Assembly (NCBI RefSeq): GCF_009914755.1 | Contig: NC_060939.1 | Source: the human T2T-CHM13v2.0 reference genome, Homo sapiens | DNA length: 64,000 bases | Direction: 5' to 3' (one strand) | In this document: piece by piece, positions 56,440 through 64,000 of the stretch | Numbering within the stretch: position 1 is the first letter of the stretch | Layout: every line of letters starts with the position of its first letter | Notes under the pieces: generated by a model | Database searches by the model: none | Told to the model about the DNA's origin: nothing | What the model saw: the letters and a program-made list of their open reading frames with translations, nothing else | Program-made: the position numbers and the translations under genes

Positions 56440-56560
56440 TTCTACCAATCTGATGGTTCACCAATCAGACAAATCTCGGTGTTTGATATGACGTGCCCGT
56501 CGAGATACCGGGCAGTCCACCCGACATCATCTTCAGATTGTTGTTTCACTTCCTAAAGTT
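56440..56560. promoter_or_regulatory. Candidate compact promoter (two CCAAT boxes, TGACGTG, ETS site, CpG cluster)
   Basis: CCAATC at 56445 and 56461, TGACGTG at 56489-56495, ACTTCCT at 56548-56554, six CpGs in about 50 bp. Confidence 0.35.
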
Positions 56561-56631
56561 ACAAAAGAGTCATAAGCTTTTTACCGTTTTTTCTTAAAAA
56601 AGAAATAGGCTTACAGAAATTTGTAGCAATA

Positions 56632-57370
56632 GTACAGTGCATCTGCAATGACTTCTAACCAATTACCTAGAGTGAGGCCAGACTTTAGAGGTCAAGGGGA
56701 CGGTCATTCACAAGACAGCCCTCACTCCTGGCACCAGTGGCAAGTTGACAGGGTCCCCAGACCAACTGCATTTCTGACCATCTGGCCTCAAATCTGGGGG
56801 TTCCCACTAGATGCTGAGGCTCAATAATCTGCTGCAGTGACTCACCGAACTCAGGGGGTGCTATACTTATGATTAGAGTTTTATTAGGTTAAAAGGATAC
56901 AAATCAGAACCACCCAAAGGGAGAGACATGTTGGGAAAATGCTGCAGTTCCATAGTTTCTGAGGACATATCTTCTCGACACCATCGATGTGGGAAAGGAC
57001 ACAGACTGTTGTCAACTAGGGAAACTCACCCATGCTTTGGTGTCTATAGATTTTACTGGGGCTTCAGTGAGTAGGCACAATTGATTGAATTATTGGCCAT
57101 ATGACTTACTATCCAGCCACCTTCCCTTCTCAAAGTTTGGGCAAATATCAAGAGGCTCAAAGTCCCCTCTCTCTGATCACATACTTTTTCCTTTTGGCAT
57201 GGCCGCATATCATCTTAAATAATTTCATTAGCATCAACTATTAAATGTGGTCCATGGGGCCCATCATGAATACAAAAGAGAGACAGTCCTATCACTCAGG
57301 AAATTCCAAGGGCTTAGAATCTACCTCCCAGAAACTGAGGTCAAAGACCAAACAAATGCTTTATTGTACA
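56632..57370. mobile_element. MER21/MER77-family LTR
   Basis: cacaagacagccctcactcc; aaatctgggggttccca; aaaggatacaaatcagaacc; caggaaattccaagggcttag...ttattgtaca. Confidence 0.7.
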
Positions 57371-57825
57371 GACTCTGTCATTGTTTTGTGAAACCATGTA
57401 AGTTGCAGACTCCTAAGTATTTCCATATGTATCTCTTAAAAGAATAAGTATATTCTAATGGCAGAACACAGCATTTACAATACAGTTATCAAACTAAGCA
57501 AATTTCATACACCTATGATAATAGTCTGTAACACATAGGTCAAATTCAATCTTCTCTAGATGTCTCAATCTTTATTTTTCCTTTCAACTCAGGCTCCAAT
57601 ATAGAACTACACATTTCATTTAGTTGTTAATATATCATTATACTTTCTTTAAACAGAAACTGTTCTAGTTTTATTCTTTCTCTCATGACATTGACAGTAT
57701 AGACCAGGTGCTTTATAAAAATGTCCCCCAATTTGAGGTTGTTTGATTATTTCCTGATGATTCGATTCAGATCTACATAAATATACTATTTTTTTCTTTT
57801 TTAAATTCTCTCTCTCTCTCTCTCT

Positions 57826-57954
57826 TTTTGTTTTTGTAGGAACAAGGTCTCCCTGTGTTGCCCAGGCTGGTCTCTAAACTCCTAGACTCAAGAGATCCTC
57901 CCACTTCAGCCTCCCAAACTGTTGGAATTACAGGTATGAACCACCATGCCTGGC
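57826..57954 (-). mobile_element. FLAM_C-like Alu monomer
   Basis: ggtctccctgtgttgcccaggctggtctc...ctcaagagatcctccc...accaccatgcctggc. Confidence 0.85.
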
Positions 57955-58083
57955 AGTATGCTATTCTTTAACAAACTTTCACCCAATATTTTTAGTATCC
58001 ATTGATGACTCTTGCCTACATTAACTATGACTGTGGTGTTTGCAAAGTGGTTATGCTCTAATTCTAGTATTCCTTCTATATTA

Positions 58084-58164
58084 TTAGGTTGGTGCAAAAG
58101 TTATTGCGGTTTTTGCCAATTACTTTTAATGGCAAAAACCACAATTACTTTTGCATCAACCTAA
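58084..58164. mobile_element. MADE1 (Hsmar1-derived MITE), miR-548-type hairpin
   Basis: ttaggttggtgcaaaag...cttttgcatcaacctaa palindrome flanked by TA at 58082-58083 and 58165-58166. Confidence 0.95.
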
Positions 58165-59299
58165 TACTTAGTATTCTACTATAGAAAAGAGCTTTCCCTT
58201 CTTTCATTTTTATTTGCTGTTTGTTTAGCATTTAGTTTCAGTGTCATAGACTCTTTAAGTGCAATGTGTTATTACAATCATGTTATATTTTCACATACAA
58301 ATTTATGTTTTCAGCAATAATCACAAGCAACTGTACATACGATGATGTTCTTTGAGGAATGCTGTTTTGTATCTCTCACAAGTAAGAAAGCTGTGATTTT
58401 TAAATCAGCTGAAATAGGAATCCTTCAGCTCTTAACTTTCTAAGCCCACTTATTGAAATATGGATGTTGCAATAAACAAGGTTTATTTCAGACAAACAAA
58501 TGAACGAAGCAAAGTTAACAACAAAAATCCTCCATAGTTGCGACTGTAACCATCCAGAAAATGAGTTTTTTGTCTAAATAATCCCAAAGCCACTAACTCA
58601 GTTTGTACTCCAAAACATATTCTCTACTGAAAAAGGAACTGAGCACATACTTCAAGGCCAATTGGTTTAAAATCAAACCAGTCTTGTTCAGAATTGTACT
58701 ACATAGTAGGCAATGATCTCAGTGAGAGGTGTGGACGAGCATGGACCTCCTGGAACCCACCACGTGCAATGAGGTAGGCAGCAGGGTGTAGGAGGCTCTG
58801 TGCTGGATGTGGAGTTGGTCACCACCTTCTGACATACCAAGTCCTGTCTACTGCTCACTGCATGGTTGTCAACACCTGGAACTCCACCATCATCTTTTCT
58901 GCCCTGACACCTCATCTAGACTCCTCTGCCCAGGTTAGCAGCATGCACCTTGGACATTTCCATCTTCTGCAGATATGGAAGTGTAATTGATTAAAGCATA
59001 AATCCTTCCTCGCCCTGAAAGAACACTCACAGAGCAGTTTCAGAAAAGAGGCTAGAAATAAACATAAAGATACTGGGCACCTATTGGGAAAGAAGTGATG
59101 CATTGGCAGCAGTGAGGGGACTAAGTCTCCAAAGACAAGGTAGTCTGCCTCCAAGCCTGGTCCCTCCACTAACCTAGCCCTAATATAGGTGCTTTCTAGA
59201 GACAGTGTCTTACCCCACAGTAGTGGTATTCAGAGGGGACAGGCACATGGTGAGCCATTCAGAAAGATATTTATTCAGGCATCTCTACAATTGAGCACA

Positions 59300-59540
59300 T
59301 AGCTAGTTTGGAACTCCTGGTTTTCATACCCTGCTTTATTTTGTCCATTGTTTTCCTCCCCTTCTAATACACTGTATGATTTACATGTCTATAATGTTCA
59401 ACTTTTCCTATCTTCCCAGATAACTCTCCCCATCGGGCAGGCTGTAAGCTCCAAGAAGGCAGGTGTTTCTACCGGTTTTATTCGTTGACACATGCTAAGT
59501 CATTTGTACATAGCTGAAGCTTAATAATATCTGTAAAATG
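59300..59540 (+). mobile_element. L2 fragment
   Basis: ctgtaagctccaagaaggcagg...tacatagctgaagcttaataatatctg. Confidence 0.6.
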
Positions 59541-60061
59541 GGCAAATGTCTACATAGCAGATAGAGCATTCCTCCAAAATTCCTGCAAATGTGTAACTAA
59601 AGACTTAAGTTTACAACTTATACACAATGGGATTATATGCTTATGTCATTTAGAAAAGGGACAGCTGGATACATAACGAGTCTGCTCATTAACATCAATT
59701 TAATATTCTATGTAGACATTTCCTGCTGTTCTTGGCTATGTCAAAAAACATTCCTCAGCCTTTGTATATTTTTTACTGTATTCATATCTAAGATTCTGAA
59801 CTGAATTCTTTCTCAGTGTAAGCTTATGTTTGGAGATAGGTCCATGCTTCAGGGCATCTTTCAGTACTAGATGAGAAAATGCTACTTCCACAGATGACAA
59901 ACTTACTCCCAGGGAGTGTAATCATTGGGGAACCTCACTTTTTCAGAGTCCATGAGTGTTGTGATTGGTTACAGAATGCAGAATGAAACCAGGGTAGTCT
60001 GGAGCTAGGAACACATGCCTTTTAAAATTGTAATTGCCTGCTCATGTTTCAGGTCCCATGA

Positions 60062-60372
<311 letters not shown>

Positions 60373-60755
60373 CTCTATTCATTCTTATTGACAAGACGCT
60401 AGCACATGCTCCACAATCAGGTGTCCATTTCCAGCCCAGGTGTCTTTCAGGGAGTGGAAATCTTTGCTTTGGCCTATTTGGATGATATTTGCAATCTGGA
60501 ACAGATAATTGCTAATGACACTTTAAAGAGTAAACCATAGTTCTTAGTTCTTCTGCAATATTAGTCCTTATGTAATATGACAAAACCACCAATGAGCCAG
60601 AAATTCTATGCAATTAGAGAAGGAGGAAATGAGTGGTGTGAGCAATTCTATGACATAGTTTAAGACACTTTTCAGAAGTTCGAGTTTTGTTATTGACACT
60701 GGCTAAGGAACTTAACAGATTCTACATGAACACTAGAATTATCTTAGAACTTGCA

Positions 60756-60895
60756 CAAGTATTCTTAACATGGCTTCCATGGACCCCTAGAAGGTCTACT
60801 TCTATATGCGTGTGATAAATTTTCTGTGGAGAGAGTCCATAGATTTCACTTAATTTTTAAAGAAATTCATGATTCCTATCTAAAAAAAGGGCAGG
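60756..60895. mobile_element. MER103-like hAT-Charlie relic
   Basis: tccatggacccct...ttttctgtggagagagtccatagatttca. Confidence 0.45.
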
Positions 60896-61195
60896 GGGCT
60901 GGGTTTAATGTCATTAGATTTTTGTCTGATGTCCTTGTTTTACAAATGAGAAAGGAGAGACACAATGGTGCAAACTGACTATTTTAAGAAGACAATTCAG
61001 ATGTGCTGAGATAAAGCTCAGGGAAGAGCCTCAATCTGTTAATCCATTGTCCTCCTCTACAAAATGTGTGTAATCACATTTGCCTGGCGCACAAGGTTAT
61101 TTGGAGATACAAGGAAGTATGTGGAATATTCTTTATGGTTCAGTTATCTTTATTGTCATCATGCATAGTATTTTGTAGATAACTTCTTAAAAGCT

Positions 61196-61553
61196 TGGTA
61201 AGGTTTGGCTGTGTCCCCACCCAAACCTCATCTTGAATTCTAGTTCCCATAATCCCCACATGTGGTGGGAGGGACCCTGTGGGAGGTAACTGAGTCATGG
61301 GGGCATTTTCCCTCATGCTATTCTTGTCATACTAAGTTCTCACAAGATTTGATGATTTTATAAGGGGCTTCCTCTTTTGCTCAGCTCTCATTCTCTCTCC
61401 TGCCGCCCTGTGAAGTGGGGCCTTCTGCCATGATTGTAAGTTTTCTGAGTTCTTATTAGCCATGCAGAACCGTGAGTCAATTAAACCTCTTTCCTTTATA
61501 AATTATCAAGTCTTGGGCAGTTCTTCATAGCAGTGTGAGAATGGACTAATACA
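61196..61553 (+). mobile_element. THE1 (THE1C/D-like) MaLR solo LTR
   Basis: tggtaaggtttggctgtgtccccacccaaa...gagaatggactaataca; near-TSD aagct/aagtt. Confidence 0.92.
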
Positions 61554-61559
61554 AAGTTC

Positions 61560-61920
61560 CTATTCAGAAGCATTCCATAACTGGACTTTGGGGTTCTGAA
61601 TAATTATTCTGAGAAGAGTGGACATTCTGGATTGAAGAGGCAGAGTGGCAGGAAGCCGAGACCCCTCTTTGAAGGGTATGGCAGTGGTCCAGGCTGGAGA
61701 CAATGATGGCTGATGAAGATGCAGGGGCGGGGGGGAAGTTGCTAAGACTGATCACTGAGAGTGTTGGGACAGTGGAAGTAATCAAGAATATTTCTTAGGT
61801 TTCCAATATGAGTGACAGCATGGAAGATGATGCCATAATTGGGAATACAGGCTGTCTGAAAGGAGGCCACGAGCTTGCTTTTGGACATATTGAGGCAGGT
61901 GGAAATATAGGAAATATATG
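61560..61920 (-). mobile_element. L2 fragment
   Basis: gcagtggtccaggctggagacaatgatggc; ttttggacatattgag. Confidence 0.6.
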
Positions 61921-61939
61921 GAGGGGAGGACCAGTGTTA

Positions 61940-62777
61940 AGAGGTTCAGAGTTCAAAAGCCAGTGAACCAGGGGCTCTGATGTCCAAGGGCGGAAGCAGG
62001 TGGATGTCCTGGCTCCAGCAAAGAGAGAGAATTCACCCTTCCTCCACTTTCTTATTATATTTGGGCCCTCAACAAATTGAATGATGCCCACCCACATAGA
62101 TGAGGGATTCAAATTCTAATCTTTTCTGGAAACATTCTCACAGACACGTCTAGAAATAGTGTTGTACTAGCTATCTGGGGCATCCCTTAACCAAGGAAAG
62201 TTGGTGTATACAATTGTGATGGTTAATATTGAGTGTCAATTTGATTGGATTGAAGGATGCAAAATATTGCTCCTGGGTGTGTCTGTGAGGGTGTTGCTAA
62301 AGGAGATTAACATTTGAGTCAGTGGGCTGGAAGAGGCAGACACACCCTCAATCTGGATGGGCACCATCTAATCAGCTGCCAAAACAGCTAGAATAAAGCA
62401 GGCAGAAGAAACTGGAAAGAGCAGACTTGCTGAGTCTGCTGGCCTTCATCTTTCTCTGATGCTGGATGCTTCCTGCCCTCAAACATCAGACTCCAAGTTC
62501 TTCAGCTTTTAGACTCTTGGACTTACACCAATGTTTTGCCAGGGGCTCTCAGGCCCTTGGCCATAGACTGAAGGCTGCACTGTCAGCTTCCCTACTTTTG
62601 AGGTTTTGGGACTCAGATTGGCTTCCTTGCTCCTGAACCCGCAGACGGCCTATTGTGGGACTTTACCTTGTTATCATATGAGTCGATACTCCTAATAAAT
62701 TGCCATTCATATATACCTATATCCTATTATTTCTGTTCCTTTAGAGAGCCCTGACCAATACAAAATGAACCATCACA
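61940..62777 (-). mobile_element. Older MLT2 (C/D-like) LTR interrupted by MLT2A2
   Basis: gggccctcaacaaattgaatgatgcccacccacat...ctcacagacac; terminal aaatgaaccatcaca resumes after the insert. Confidence 0.75.
62215..62762 (+). mobile_element. MLT2A2-like ERVL solo LTR
   Basis: Termini tgtgatggttaatattgagtgtcaa...ccctgaccaataca; about 550 bp. Confidence 0.93.
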
Positions 62778-62869
62778 ATAGGTATATTTGGCACACAGTT
62801 TATGACTAACAAGGCAAAACTGTTCATTTGTAGGTGGTAGCTAAAATTAGGTATTTTCTAGAACACAGT

Positions 62870-63005
62870 GATTTTTTATTAGAGTGCCATCTCCTTGAAA
62901 GCTGGGACTCTCAAGGCCTCTTTCTTTATTGCTCTGTCTCCAATATATAGATAAGTGCCTGCCTTATGATAGGCCTGAAGTAATTATCAATTGAATGAAC
63001 TAAAT
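62870..63005 (+). mobile_element. L2 3' end
   Basis: ctccttgaaagctgggac...aagtgcctgccttatgatagg...ttgaatgaac. Confidence 0.6.
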
Positions 63006-63349
63006 ATATGTTCAATTATTGTTCATCTCAACAGTGGCTACCTACGTATTATTTTTTAATATTATAAACTGGATTGCATTTGCTTCAGAATTAAATAAAC
63101 AGCTTTAAGTTGAGGTCTGTGAATGCCTGACTCTTCTTTGACTTAAGAGCAATGGACCCTTTACACCTATGCTTCTAGTCTCCTGGGTTCTTCCTTTGCT
63201 GTTCCCAGCACATGAGTCCCCCTCATTCCTTTATGAAAACTAGCTCCTTTAAACTAAGGGGTATTTGCTAGCCTGAGAGTAAGATGGTTTCATTTTCACA
63301 GACTACAGAAACTTACTGAAGGGAACAAATCACTGATAGTAAAGTTTCA

Positions 63350-63520
63350 GGCATTGAAAAGCTATAACCAGTATAAAGCATGGACTAGAATTAAAGGCTT
63401 TTGAATCTAACTCACATTGTCATGAGAGGCCGTTTAACCTTCTTGTGTCATATTGCCTTCATCTGCAAGTATTATGAATCATAGTGGTTTTGCTTGTCTT
63501 TTCAGTAGGATGTTGCCAAA
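63350..63520 (+). mobile_element. MIR
   Basis: aagcatggactagaatt...tttaaccttcttgtgtc...ccttcatctgcaa. Confidence 0.5.
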
Positions 63521-64000
63521 TAAAATATTGAAGTAGAAATCATGTCTCTTCTAGCTCTCATTTTATTCTCAGAACCTTGTAAGATAGCTCTCTGTGTGAG
63601 GCAGCCCCTTCATTAGTATGTCTATGACACCTGTTGAAGGATTTCAGGTGAAAGATCAAATAAAGGTAGTTCTAATTCATTGTACAATATCATTCCTACA
63701 ATTATATGCTTCACAAAATCAGTTTACCGAATTCAGTTTGCTATGAGACATATTTAGAACAAGCTCACTGTTATTGCTTCTCTGAGATGATCGAAGGATA
63801 GCTTTATAAAATGTTCACTATGAAGGAGTAAGGGAGAATTGGCATAAACAAGGGTTTTGCTGGGAAACCGTTTGATTTTCACCTGGTTTTAGAATCAATG
63901 ACAGTGATATTGATTTCCATTTTTAATAAATTACATTTTCAAAAAACATATACAATGTAAGAGGCACTATTCAAAGCCACAGGAATTTATTTTAAAAAGT

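Larger units (their letters stand above)
57390..58300 (-). mobile_element. L1MC4/5-like antisense fragment hosting a FLAM and a MADE1
   Basis: cacatttcatttagttg; tcatgacattgaca; aatgtcccccaatttgaggttgtttgattatttcctgatgatt; tttagtatccattgatgactcttgcct. Confidence 0.65.

Overview
This is primate (human-like), AT-rich, non-coding genomic DNA, either a large intron or an intergenic region. I see no convincing protein-coding gene. The supplied ORFs are Alu-, L1-, Tigger- or microsatellite-derived, or short and unrecognisable. About half the window is interspersed repeat: old L1M fragments, about 20 Alu copies or fragments, L2/MIR relics, three THE1 and three MLT2A-type solo LTRs, several MLT1 LTRs, a MER21/MER77-like LTR, a near-full-length Tigger1 and a MADE1 MITE. 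Subfamily names come from remembered consensus sequences, not from a RepeatMasker run. The best leads are: (i) well-formed minus-strand splice-site pairs suggesting a spliced lncRNA, possibly with an MLT2A2 LTR as alternative first exon; (ii) a 70-bp locally templated insertion inside an MLT1A LTR; (iii) a 41-bp-arm AT-rich palindrome; (iv) a miR-548-type MADE1 hairpin; (v) a TSD-less AluY that appears to have deleted host L1 sequence; (vi) CpG- and motif-rich repeat-free islands that look regulatory. None of these amounts to a demonstrated novel system; all are hypotheses to test.
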